Source of the DNA: a virus
IMG/VR virus record: IMGVR_UViG_3300029247_000012
Span: 1-41,059 of that record
Reading direction: 5' to 3' (one strand)
DNA length: 41,059 bases
Shown: piece after piece, positions 1 through 8,301 of the stretch
How the letters are laid out: each line of letters starts with the position of its first letter
Numbering within the stretch: position 1 is the first letter of the stretch
Made by a program: the position numbers and the translations under genes
The notes under the pieces: model-generated
What the model was told of the DNA's origin: nothing
Databases searched by the model: none
Seen by the model: only the letters and a program-made list of their open reading frames with translations

Positions 1-99
1 CGCATCTGCCGGATACTCCATGCCGGAGCAGGTCGTCGACGACGAATTTGTGTCGCAGGACAACTACGCAACGCTTGAGCTTAATCGCTGGACGCTCGA
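1..99. repeat. Terminal overlap, copy 1 (identical to 40961..41059)
   Basis: Read directly: cgcatctgccggatactccatgccggagcag...gacgctcga occurs at both ends. This is typical of assembly overlap on a circular or concatemeric molecule. Confidence 0.95.
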
Positions 100-1450
100 C
101 GGGTCCTTTGAAATCGCGCCGGACAGCGCCGAAAAAGAGGTCGGATATATCGGCGCGGCGCTCTCCGGCACGGACGGGACTTTTGAGACCGCGCAGACGG
201 TGACGATAAATTTTTCCGGCGTCGAGACGCTCCAAAGCGTGACGCTCTCCTTCTCGGATAATTTTTACGACGGCGTCGCCGAAGACTTTACCGTGACCGT
301 CGGCTCGACCGTGAAAACCATCACCGGAAACCGGTCGGCGCGAGTGATCATCGGAGACTTTACCGAAAACTCGCCGACGTCAATCACCCTCTCGGTGACA
401 AAATGGTCTATGCCTGGGCGGCACATGCGCATCATCGAAATCTTCCCCGGACTACACGAGGAGTGGAGCGGGGACGATATCTATTCGCTCTCGATAAATC
501 AGCAGGCGAACCTCGCAGCAGTCGCTCTGCCGTACGGAACCGCCACACTGGCTGTGGACAACACCGACCGGAGATTCGAGCCGACCTCGCCGACCGGCAT
601 TTTTAAATCGATCGAAGACCGGCAGGGCATCGACATCTCGCTCGGCGTGATGCTGCCTTCCGGCGCTGTCGAATATAAAAAAGTCGGGCGGTACTATCAG
701 TACTCCGGCGGCTGGAAAACCGGACAGAACGCGATGACCATACAGTGGTCACTCGTCGACGTCGTCGGTATGCTCTCGGCACGTGAGTATATCCTCCCCT
801 CCACACTTCCGACTACTGCTTCCGGCTGGATTGCGTCGGTCGTCGCTCAGCTCGGGGCGAATTTCGCGGCTCAGTATATCGTCGATCAGACACTCGCGTC
901 GGTCGCCCTCTCTCCGGACAGTCGCGAAAATATCACCGGCAAAAAGTGTGCGGACATCCTGTCATGGGTGGCTATGGCAGTTGGCGGATACATCGTCGCG
1001 GACGCCTCGACCGGGAAGCTGGCACTGAAAGCTGTCGGGAACTCCGGTGGAAACGTCTCGCTCGACGACCTCGAAAGCTTTCCGACCGTCTCGGCAAACG
1101 AAGACGTCGCCGCGCTGATTTTTACGATCCATAACGGCGCGTCAGAGCTTCCACAGCACACCGTCGCCGGAAACGCTCCCGCGTCGTCGAATACGCTGTC
1201 GATAGATAATCCTTTTATCAAGTCGACAACGGCGGCAGATGCTGTCGCCGCCCGGATACTGAAATTTTACGGCGGAAACGCCTTTGACTCCACAGGGCGC
1301 GGAGACCCCTCCGAAGAAATCGGCGACGCCGACACGCTTGAGATCGCAGATGGGCAGACCGTATCCGCGAGACGCTACGCTCAGAGCTTTGCTTTCGGGA
1401 ACGGTGTTCTGTCCGGCTGTAAATCGCAGTATATTGAGGTGAAAGCATGA
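2..1450 (+). CDS. Phage tail protein (distal tail/baseplate-type), C-terminal part of a junction-spanning gene
   Basis: The frame is open from the window start and continues the ORF that begins at ATG 40842 (position 40962 equals position 2). The joined length is 1569 nt, or 522 aa. The gene sits directly after the tape measure and a small tail gene. The ATG at 20 in the ORF track is internal. Confidence 0.8.
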   Translation, partial: ASAGYSMPEQVVDDEFVSQDNYATLELNRWTLDGSFEIAPDSAEKEVGYIGAALSGTDGTFETAQTVTINFSGVETLQSVTLSFSDNFYDGVAEDFTVTVGSTVKTITGNRSARVIIGDFTENSPTSITLSVTKWSMPGRHMRIIEIFPGLHEEWSGDDIYSLSINQQANLAAVALPYGTATLAVDNTDRRFEPTSPTGIFKSIEDRQGIDISLGVMLPSGAVEYKKVGRYYQYSGGWKTGQNAMTIQWSLVDVVGMLSAREYILPSTLPTTASGWIASVVAQLGANFAAQYIVDQTLASVALSPDSRENITGKKCADILSWVAMAVGGYIVADASTGKLALKAVGNSGGNVSLDDLESFPTVSANEDVAALIFTIHNGASELPQHTVAGNAPASSNTLSIDNPFIKSTTAADAVAARILKFYGGNAFDSTGRGDPSEEIGDADTLEIADGQTVSARRYAQSFAFGNGVLSGCKSQYIEVKA

Positions 1451-1944
1451 ACTTAATCTATGATCGCACCGAAGCCGACGTGACGGAAGCCGTGCGGATC
1501 GAGCGAAAGCTCCACAAAGGCGAAGCTCTGAGCGCCGCCGAAACCGCCGCATGGAACGCCGGCATGAAAGGCGGATACAACACGTCGGACATGAATCGCG
1601 TCGAATCTGCGGTAAAAACCCTCGCCGCAGAGCTGAACTCCGCGGGATACCCTGTGGAGATCACCGAAACCGCGGACTGGCTTCCCGGCGACACCGTCAC
1701 CCGCGAGCAGTGGGAGATATATCTCGAAAACGTCCGGCGTCTCCGCGCCGCGTACTACACACTCGCGGAGACCGGGGAGCTGCCGAAGCCGGGGGACAAG
1801 CTGGGCTACGTCGGTGCGAACAACATCGAGAAGGTGCTCGCGGATATCGACTTGCTGCTTGACGGGATGAAATCTGTTTACCGACGAGCCGGAACCTTTA
1901 CTGCTGGTGGCAGCTATACAAGACAGATGATAAGGAGCGTATGA
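1447..1944 (+). CDS. Hypothetical tail-module protein (165 aa)
   Basis: GAGGTGA RBS lies 5 nt upstream. The ATGA start overlaps the upstream stop. The gene sits inside the tail fibre cluster. Confidence 0.7.
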   Translation: MNLIYDRTEADVTEAVRIERKLHKGEALSAAETAAWNAGMKGGYNTSDMNRVESAVKTLAAELNSAGYPVEITETADWLPGDTVTREQWEIYLENVRRLRAAYYTLAETGELPKPGDKLGYVGANNIEKVLADIDLLLDGMKSVYRRAGTFTAGGSYTRQMIRSV

Positions 1945-1945
1945 A

Positions 1946-3205
1946 ATGGCGATAAAAAGACAAGATGAAGTGCTCGCGAAAGCAGTGTCGACCGACGCGA
2001 CGGTCATACCGCGATATGATATCAAGCGTCCGGATGGGACGAAAGTCGCGGAAAACGTTGCGCTGGAGCTGAAAAACACCGTCGTGAATGAAGGCACGGC
2101 GGTGAACAAACAGCTCCTCGACGAAATTCTTGCGGCATCGGGAACAGCGGGCGGAACGGCTTCCGCACTGACTCTCGCGCAGGAGGGGTTTGCGCTGGTG
2201 GATGGGGCGGAGGTGCGGATTAAGTCCACATATAACCTCGCGGGCGGCGCGACGCTTAACGTCAATGGAACCGGGGCAAAGACTATTTGCACAGCATCCG
2301 GGCAAGAAGTAAAAGGCGGCATAAAAGCCGGCGTGTGGATGATACTGGTGTATTCATCTACACTTGACGGTTATGTGATCCTCAATATGACAGCGAAACC
2401 GGTGACTAAGATATTTACACAGTCCGGCTCGTGGGAGTGCCCACAGGGTGTCACCTCCGTTCACATCCTGCTATTCGGCGGCGGCGGCGGTGGAGGTGGC
2501 AACGGCGGCACAGCCGGTGGAGGCGGAGGCGGCGGGCACATGGTGTCTAAAGTGTTAACAGTCTCTCCAGGCCAGGTGTATCCAATCACTATAGGTGCCG
2601 GAGGTAATGGCGGCTCCGCTGGATATAACAGCGGCACTGACGGAGGTAATGGTGGAGCTACGTCTTTTGGCACGCTCGCTTCCGCCAATGGCGGCAGTGG
2701 CGGCACGGCGGGTCGTGCTTCTAGCAGCACCAATTATGCTGGCAATGGCGGCTCTGGCGGTACCGGTGGTGGTGGAGCCGGAGCCAAAAGCACTAGCGGA
2801 ACAGTGTCTGGCGGCACCGGCGGTTCTGGCAGCTATGGCGGGAGCGGTGGAAGAGGACTATCAAACTCTTCTGCCGCTGGCAACGGCGGGAATGGCATAG
2901 CCGCCGCAGGAGGAACGGGTGCTGGTGGCGCTGGATCCGGTGGCGGCGGCGCTGGCGGCGGATATGGCGGCAAAGGCGGAGACGGCGGGAAACCCAACTT
3001 CGGCGGCGGCGGCGGTGGAGGCGGCTACGGAGCCTATGGCAACGGCGGTCGCGGCGGGAATAACACCCCCTCGCCGTATTGGGGTGGCGATGGCGGCACA
3101 GCTGCTGGTGGAGGCGGAGGCGGCAGCCCAGGCAGCGACAGTGGCACCGGCGGCAAGGGCGGAGACGGCATTGCCGTGATCACATACAACATCATGGAGG
3201 CATAA
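1946..3205 (+). CDS. Glycine-rich tail fibre / receptor-binding candidate (419 aa)
   Basis: TAAGGAG RBS. A normal N-terminal ~170 aa is followed by ~240 aa dominated by G, with GGGGGG runs, NGG and SGG motifs. This resembles glycine-rich domain proteins seen in phage tail modules. Confidence 0.75.
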   Translation: MAIKRQDEVLAKAVSTDATVIPRYDIKRPDGTKVAENVALELKNTVVNEGTAVNKQLLDEILAASGTAGGTASALTLAQEGFALVDGAEVRIKSTYNLAGGATLNVNGTGAKTICTASGQEVKGGIKAGVWMILVYSSTLDGYVILNMTAKPVTKIFTQSGSWECPQGVTSVHILLFGGGGGGGGNGGTAGGGGGGGHMVSKVLTVSPGQVYPITIGAGGNGGSAGYNSGTDGGNGGATSFGTLASANGGSGGTAGRASSSTNYAGNGGSGGTGGGGAGAKSTSGTVSGGTGGSGSYGGSGGRGLSNSSAAGNGGNGIAAAGGTGAGGAGSGGGGAGGGYGGKGGDGGKPNFGGGGGGGGYGAYGNGGRGGNNTPSPYWGGDGGTAAGGGGGGSPGSDSGTGGKGGDGIAVITYNIMEA

Positions 3206-3207
3206 TT

Positions 3208-3573
3208 ATGAAAATATTTCAGATAGTCGACAATTTCTGCTACTACGACGCGACGCCGGTGCATCCGACACTCGCCGACACGGAAGGCAAATACCCTCCG
3301 GACGTCCTCTTCGTCGAAGCGCCGGATAATGTCTTCGAGGGCTGGGGCTACGACAGCGCGCAGGAAGGCGACGCCCGCTTCATCAAGCCCACGCCGCCGG
3401 AAGGCTGGCTGTATGACGACGCGACCGGAACTTTTTATCCGGCAGACGGGGAGAAGCCGAAGCCGCCGACGCAATCAGGCGACGTCTCCGAACTCGCCGC
3501 GAAGGTCGCGAACCTCGAGGAGCAGCTCGCGACGATCGAGGCCGTCAACAAAACCATTTTAGGAGTTGAATGA
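3208..3573 (+). CDS. Hypothetical tail-module protein (121 aa) with C-terminal coiled-coil segment
   Basis: GGAGG lies 7 nt before ATG 3208. The upstream part of the 3079..3573 ORF overlaps the glycine-rich gene and is rejected. Confidence 0.65.
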   Translation: MKIFQIVDNFCYYDATPVHPTLADTEGKYPPDVLFVEAPDNVFEGWGYDSAQEGDARFIKPTPPEGWLYDDATGTFYPADGEKPKPPTQSGDVSELAAKVANLEEQLATIEAVNKTILGVE

Positions 3574-3574
3574 T

Positions 3575-3994
3575 ATGGACGAAAAACTTATCGCAAAGGC
3601 ACGGCAGTTCCGGGCAGTAATCGAAGAAATGACTGCGAGCGCATCGGACGCCGTTGTGTCGAAAGCGCCGTCGGCGTGCCCGAGGCTGAAACAGGACGGC
3701 TCGCTCGTCCGCGCGGGAACCAAAATCAACTGGAACGGCGTCGTGAAGAAAGCCGGAAGTGACCTGTGGGACACCGAAGCGAACGACCCTGATCACGCGC
3801 CGAACCTATGGGAAGATCTGCTGTACAAGGACGGCTATCGCATCATCCCTGAGAACATCACCGTGACCGGAGCTTTCAGCAACGGCGAAAAGGGCTGGTG
3901 GAAGGGGCAGCTGTGGGAGTCCATAGTAAGCAACAACGTTTACACCCCGGAGCAGTACGCGCCTAACTGGAAGCTGGTGAAAAATGATAATTGA
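3575..3994 (+). CDS. Hypothetical tail-module protein (139 aa), aromatic-rich C-terminus
   Basis: AGGAG at 3561..3565 is 9 nt before ATG 3575. The TTG at 3566 abuts the RBS, so it is unlikely to be the start. The W/Y/N-rich C-terminal segment is reminiscent of small carbohydrate-binding modules (weak). Confidence 0.6.
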   Translation: MDEKLIAKARQFRAVIEEMTASASDAVVSKAPSACPRLKQDGSLVRAGTKINWNGVVKKAGSDLWDTEANDPDHAPNLWEDLLYKDGYRIIPENITVTGAFSNGEKGWWKGQLWESIVSNNVYTPEQYAPNWKLVKNDN

Positions 3995-4319
3995 CAAGAT
4001 AATCGCATGGGCAATCCCTTTTATCTGCGGCGGTGTGATCACCGGGCTGATCACATATGTAAAATCCTTAAAGCGAAAGAACGACGCCGTCGAAGACGGA
4101 GTGCAGTGCCTGCTCCGTGCGGAGATCATCCGGAGCCACGAAAAATACATGGAAAAAAGCTACTGTCCAATCTACGCGAAGGAAGCCTTGAAGCGGGCAT
4201 ACAGCGCATATCACCGACTCCACGGAAACGATGTCGCGACCACGCTTTACAAAGAGACCATGGCGCTTCCGACAGACCCGCCAAAGAAATTATTAACGGA
4301 GGGAAACACATATGATTGA
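3984..4319 (+). CDS. Small membrane protein (111 aa) with a single N-terminal TM helix, inside the tail fibre cluster
   Basis: The hydrophobic stretch IIAWAIPFICGGVITGLITYV is followed by a charged soluble domain. The gene overlaps both neighbours by a few nt. Confidence 0.6.
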   Translation: MIIDKIIAWAIPFICGGVITGLITYVKSLKRKNDAVEDGVQCLLRAEIIRSHEKYMEKSYCPIYAKEALKRAYSAYHRLHGNDVATTLYKETMALPTDPPKKLLTEGNTYD

Positions 4320-6453
4320 AATTACAGCCGTCCCCGGCAAAGTGCTCATGCTCGGTCGACAGGGCGAAAACCTTGCCCGGAAAGTGATCTTTTCCGTATC
4401 CGATGTCCGGGCGGAATTCGGCGACGGCGCTTTCCGGCTCTCAGCTCGCCGCGCCGGAGAATCCAACGTCTACCCCGCGACAGTGACGGAAAACGGCGAC
4501 ACCGTCGAATGGTCGCTCACCTCCGCCGACACCCAGAACGCCGGGCGCGGATCGTGCGAACTCGCATACTACGCGGGAGATGTGAGGCTGAAAACGTGGG
4601 TCTACGACACTGCGGTCGCGAAGTCGCTGACCGGATCGCCCAAAACCGATCCGTACGACGAGTTTTTAGACGAGGTGAACCGGCTCGCCGCCGAGGCGGC
4701 AATCTCGCAGCGGGAAGCGAAAAACTCGGAAAACGCTGCGAAAAACTCGGAAGAAAATGCGAAAGCATCCGAGGACGCCGCGAAAAACTCTGAAGACAAC
4801 GCCGCCGAGTACGCGCGGGCAGCCCTCGCCGCTGAATCGAAATCTGAACAGAACGCCGAACATGCCGCTTCCGCCGCGACGTCCGCCGGGCAATATGCAC
4901 AAAACGCCGCGACGTCCGCGACGAACGCAGCCAACAGCGCGAGCGCAGCCGAAACCCACGAAAAAGGCGCGAAAGCCGCCGCTACCGCCGCCGCGAAATC
5001 CGCCGAAGGGCTTGCGGATGCCGTAAAACGCGCCGAGGACGCCGCGACGAACGCACAGGACAACGCCGGGAAGACCGCCGCTGACCGCGAAGCCGTTGCC
5101 GAAATGAAAACCGCCGCCCAGACCGCACAGGGCAGCGCGGAGAAAGCCGCCACTGCCGCCGCCGGGTCCGCGACCTCTGCCGGGGAATCCGCCGCCGCCG
5201 CGGAGACGTCGAGGACGGGCGCGGCAGAGATCAAAGCGCAGATTGACGACATCAAAGCCGGAATCGACACGACGAAAGGCGAAATCGATCAGGCGAAAGC
5301 TGATATTGACCAGACCAAAATCGATACGCTCGCCGCGAAAACCGCCGCCGAAACCGCCGCCACGACCGCGGCCGAAAAAGCCGCGGAAATCGCGGACAGC
5401 GCGGCACAGATCGCGGAGAACACCAAAAATATCGGGAAGAACGCGACGAACATCGAAACCAACGCCACAGACATCGACCTCCTCCGACGCGAGAACGTCG
5501 AGCTTAAGGCGAAGACCGACGCGCTGTGGAAGCTATCGGAGGGCAAGAGCTATGATTTTGTCGAGGACAGCGCGGAGGCGTACAGCAAGAACGTGCCGTC
5601 CGGGTGTAGGTTTGCACAGATAGAAAAGATCGGCGGGAAGACCGTGGCGCGGAATGCCGGGGAGCTTGTCAGCGCGGCGGTGGAGGATGTGGAAGTGCAG
5701 GGGGCGAATCTTATCCCATATCCAGCTAACAGCATGAAATTCCCGATTACGAGAAACGGAATTACTGTGACGGCGAATGACGACGGAACTTACCTCGTCA
5801 ATGGCACAGCGACAAATGACATCTATGTCTCTGTATGTAACCTTAACGCCGCGGGTATGCGCATCAGCAATATCGGGGATGTCGTTCTCAGCGGTTGCCC
5901 TACCGGCGGAGACACGGCGACTTACTATCTCGGCATATACTTCGGTCAATGGCATGCTGATACCGGGGCAGGGGCAACGGCGACAATCGGGACGATTCCG
6001 GACACCGCCAGAATTGAGATCACAATCCGAAAAGGTTATACAGCGAACAATTTGATTTTCAGCCCGCAGCTAAGAAGAGGGACAACCATCACGGGATACT
6101 CTCCCTACTTCCTCGACACCTACCCCATCCCCGACGCCGTGAAGGCTCTGCCCGGATATGGCTGGTCCGCAGGAAACGTCTGCAACGAAATCGTCCGGCG
6201 CGCGGACGGATGGGATTATGTACAAAGGGTCGGACTGCCCGCGACGACGGACGGGTATACCGCCCTCGACGCTCCAACGACCACAGACATCACCAACCTT
6301 ATGACCGGCGCACTGCCGGTCATGGCGACGGAGCCGGGCGGCACGATCACGATGCACCACGCGCTCGAAGACGACGGGCTGACGCTCGATGTGCCGAACA
6401 CTATCAAATATATTCGCAACCTGAAGGAGGTGGCAAGCAGTGGCACTGAGTGA
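4312..6453 (+). CDS. Tail fibre / baseplate upper protein-like (713 aa)
   Basis: GGAGGG RBS. The N-terminal ~100 aa resemble BppU-type N-domains. A ~300-aa Ala/Glu/Lys-rich coiled-coil shaft carries reiterated AAKNSE(E/D)NA-type units. The C-terminal domain is globular. Confidence 0.8.
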   Translation: MIEITAVPGKVLMLGRQGENLARKVIFSVSDVRAEFGDGAFRLSARRAGESNVYPATVTENGDTVEWSLTSADTQNAGRGSCELAYYAGDVRLKTWVYDTAVAKSLTGSPKTDPYDEFLDEVNRLAAEAAISQREAKNSENAAKNSEENAKASEDAAKNSEDNAAEYARAALAAESKSEQNAEHAASAATSAGQYAQNAATSATNAANSASAAETHEKGAKAAATAAAKSAEGLADAVKRAEDAATNAQDNAGKTAADREAVAEMKTAAQTAQGSAEKAATAAAGSATSAGESAAAAETSRTGAAEIKAQIDDIKAGIDTTKGEIDQAKADIDQTKIDTLAAKTAAETAATTAAEKAAEIADSAAQIAENTKNIGKNATNIETNATDIDLLRRENVELKAKTDALWKLSEGKSYDFVEDSAEAYSKNVPSGCRFAQIEKIGGKTVARNAGELVSAAVEDVEVQGANLIPYPANSMKFPITRNGITVTANDDGTYLVNGTATNDIYVSVCNLNAAGMRISNIGDVVLSGCPTGGDTATYYLGIYFGQWHADTGAGATATIGTIPDTARIEITIRKGYTANNLIFSPQLRRGTTITGYSPYFLDTYPIPDAVKALPGYGWSAGNVCNEIVRRADGWDYVQRVGLPATTDGYTALDAPTTTDITNLMTGALPVMATEPGGTITMHHALEDDGLTLDVPNTIKYIRNLKEVASSGTE

Positions 6454-6622
6454 AACTGAAAAAGCGATGATCGAGGCGGCGGGGCTGACCGAAGCCGATT
6501 TTACCGGGGAAAAGAGCGAAAGCCCTGAACCGGGCGCCGTCACAGACACGGAACTCGAAAGGCGCGTCGCGACGGTCGAAGAAACCGTTGAGGCGGTGAA
6601 GATTATACTTATAGGGGAGTGA
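6440..6622 (+). CDS. Small hypothetical protein (60 aa) downstream of tail fibre
   Basis: GTG start lies 7 nt after GAAGGAGGTG. The product is an acidic helical peptide. Confidence 0.5.
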   Translation: MALSETEKAMIEAAGLTEADFTGEKSESPEPGAVTDTELERRVATVEETVEAVKIILIGE

Positions 6623-6626
6623 TAAA

Positions 6627-7424
6627 ATGCGAGGAATTGACATCTCCAAGCACAACATAATCCGATCTTTCCCGGCGCTGAGAGCCGAGGGCATCGAATT
6701 CTGTATCGTCCGCGCGGGGTACGGCACGTCCGTTGACCCGAAATTCGCTGGGTACATAAAATCGGCGAAGGACGCTGGAATGCTCGTCGGCGTGTATTGG
6801 TTCTGCTACGCCCGCGATACCGTCGAAGCACGGCGCGAGGCTGAGGCCTGCGCGAACACGCTGAACGGGTACAAGCTCGATCTGCCGGTGTTCTACGACC
6901 TTGAATACGACACCGAAAGATGCGCGGCGAAGACACAAGTGAAGTACACAACAAAGTTACGGACGGACATTATCGAAACATTCTGTACCGAAATCACGAA
7001 GCACGGGTACAAAGCGGGCGTGTATACAAACCCCGACTACTGGCTCTACAAGCTCAATTCCGACCGGCTCGCAAAGTGGGCACTGTGGATTGCCGCTTAC
7101 CGGCAGTCTGACTGCAAGGCATCCTTCGCGACCACCTCGCCGTCCGACCTCCCCGCCGCTTACAGTAACGCCATAATATGGCAGTTCGGCAAGTGTAAAT
7201 TCACGAAAGCCGTCGGCGACGTGGATATCAACTACGGGTATGGCATCAAGCCCGCCGCGGCGAAGACCTACAAAGTCGGCGACACCTACACCGTCAAGGC
7301 GGGCGACGTCTACACGACCGGGCGCAAAGTTCCGGCGCGTGTCGTCGGAAAGACGTACACCGTCCGACAGGTCCGCTCCGGCGCGGTGCTGCTCGCGGAA
7401 ATTAATTCCTGGGTGACGGTGTGA
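6627..7424 (+). CDS. Endolysin, GH25 muramidase with C-terminal SH3-like cell-wall-binding region
   Basis: N-terminal motifs GIDISKHN...GIEFCIVRAGYG...GVYWF...DLEYD are typical of glycoside hydrolase family 25. The C-terminal repeat KVGDTYTV...GKTYTVRQV resembles SH3b. Confidence 0.9.
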   Translation: MRGIDISKHNIIRSFPALRAEGIEFCIVRAGYGTSVDPKFAGYIKSAKDAGMLVGVYWFCYARDTVEARREAEACANTLNGYKLDLPVFYDLEYDTERCAAKTQVKYTTKLRTDIIETFCTEITKHGYKAGVYTNPDYWLYKLNSDRLAKWALWIAAYRQSDCKASFATTSPSDLPAAYSNAIIWQFGKCKFTKAVGDVDINYGYGIKPAAAKTYKVGDTYTVKAGDVYTTGRKVPARVVGKTYTVRQVRSGAVLLAEINSWVTV

Positions 7425-7777
7425 GATACTTAAAGCGGCTGATACTCGCGGTGCTGATATACCTCGCCGTATATCTCCCGTTTATCGCCGTCCTGCAAGC
7501 CCTCACCGGCACCGACCTGACCGCCGCCTTTTCGGTCGGCGGGATTGTCGGGGCTGTGGAACTCGCTCTCGGCAGTGTCATTAAAATCACCGAAAACAAA
7601 GAGATAAGCAAGAAAGGATTTATCGAACATGGACAAGATGAATATAACACCGATACTGGAACTGGCGGTGAAGCTGATCTTCGCGGCAGTGACGATTTTC
7701 CTGATCCCGAAGATCAAGGAACTTCTGACGGCGAAAGTCTCGGAGGCGGATCAGAAGAAGATCATCCGCTGGACTGA
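7421..7777 (+). CDS. Two-TM small membrane protein, holin/antiholin candidate (118 aa as drawn)
   Basis: The GTGA start overlaps the endolysin stop. Two hydrophobic helices lie in the first ~65 aa. The last ~50 aa are an acidic low-complexity tail encoded out of frame over the next gene. Confidence 0.5.
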   Translation: MRYLKRLILAVLIYLAVYLPFIAVLQALTGTDLTAAFSVGGIVGAVELALGSVIKITENKEISKKGFIEHGQDEYNTDTGTGGEADLRGSDDFPDPEDQGTSDGESLGGGSEEDHPLD

Positions 7778-7982
7778 ACTCGCAGTCCAGGCGGCTGAGG
7801 AAGCGGAGCGTTCCGGGCTGATCGACAAGAAAGCGAAGTATCAGTACGCAAAAGATTTCCTCGAAAAGCGCGGCGTGACCTTTGACGCCGACGCCATGCA
7901 GGCGCTGATCGACTCCACCGTGTGGGAGCTGTTTAACCAGTTCAAAGAAGATTCCGACTCGGGCGCCGAAAGCGAGGCGTGA
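7629..7982 (+). CDS. Holin, LL-H-like family (117 aa)
   Basis: A single N-terminal TM (LAVKLIFAAVTIFLIP) is followed by a helical soluble domain, matching the architecture of LL-H type holins. The gene is adjacent to the endolysin. Confidence 0.6.
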   Translation: MDKMNITPILELAVKLIFAAVTIFLIPKIKELLTAKVSEADQKKIIRWTELAVQAAEEAERSGLIDKKAKYQYAKDFLEKRGVTFDADAMQALIDSTVWELFNQFKEDSDSGAESEA

Positions 7983-7983
7983 T

Positions 7984-8196
7984 ATGAGAGCTGACGACGT
8001 GGCTGACCTCACGCGATCCGAATGGACGCGAATTATCGACGAGTGCATCCATGATCGGAAATGGCGAGATATTTTTAAGCGCCGCTGGCTCGATGGGATC
8101 AAGTTCGAGCCCCTCGCGGAGGAATTTGGGCTTTCCGTCCGGCAGACTCAACGAATCGTCAAAGCCTGCGAACAGAAAATCAAATCACGTATATAA
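7984..8196 (+). CDS. Small sigma-70 region-4-like HTH protein (70 aa)
   Basis: The segment LAEEFGLSVRQTQRIVKACEQKI is a classic region-4 type helix-turn-helix. This is the last gene before a terminator. Confidence 0.6.
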   Translation: MRADDVADLTRSEWTRIIDECIHDRKWRDIFKRRWLDGIKFEPLAEEFGLSVRQTQRIVKACEQKIKSRI

Positions 8197-8206
8197 ATGT
8201 CATGAA

Positions 8207-8233
8207 ACCGTCGCGAAAGCGGCGGTTTTTCTT
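8207..8233 (+). terminator. Rho-independent terminator ending the late/lysis operon
   Basis: Stem ACCGTCGC / GCGGCGGT (one G-U pair), GAAA tetraloop, then TTTTTCTT. Confidence 0.7.
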
Positions 8234-8235
8234 CG

Positions 8236-8264
8236 TTCACTTTGCACAAAAATCGTGCTATAAT
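8236..8264 (+). promoter_or_regulatory. Sigma-A type promoter of the first accessory unit
   Basis: -35 TTCACT (8236..8241), 17-bp spacer, and TGc extended -10 TATAAT (8259..8264). Confidence 0.6.
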
Positions 8265-8301
8265 ATATACGCCGGATGATAAATCCGAGTATATATACAG
8301 G

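Noticed and set aside
1453-2322. 289-aa minus-strand ORF. Similar long antisense ORFs occur at 4602..5270, 6070..6954, 8200..8937, 20929..21633, 28082..29245, 31825..32910, 33961..35172, 35971..37155 and 39305..40171.
   Set aside because: All lie fully inside well-supported + strand genes, lack ribosome-binding sites, and have Arg/Ser/Ala/Pro-rich low-complexity translations typical of shadow frames in high-GC DNA.
2461-2733. Proline-rich 90-aa ORF on the minus strand
   Set aside because: It is the reverse complement of the GGN-rich glycine region (CCN codons). This is a compositional artefact.
1946-6453. Diversity-generating retroelement targeting the fibre genes
   Set aside because: No reverse transcriptase ORF exists anywhere in the 41 kb, and I could not find a template/variable repeat pair.
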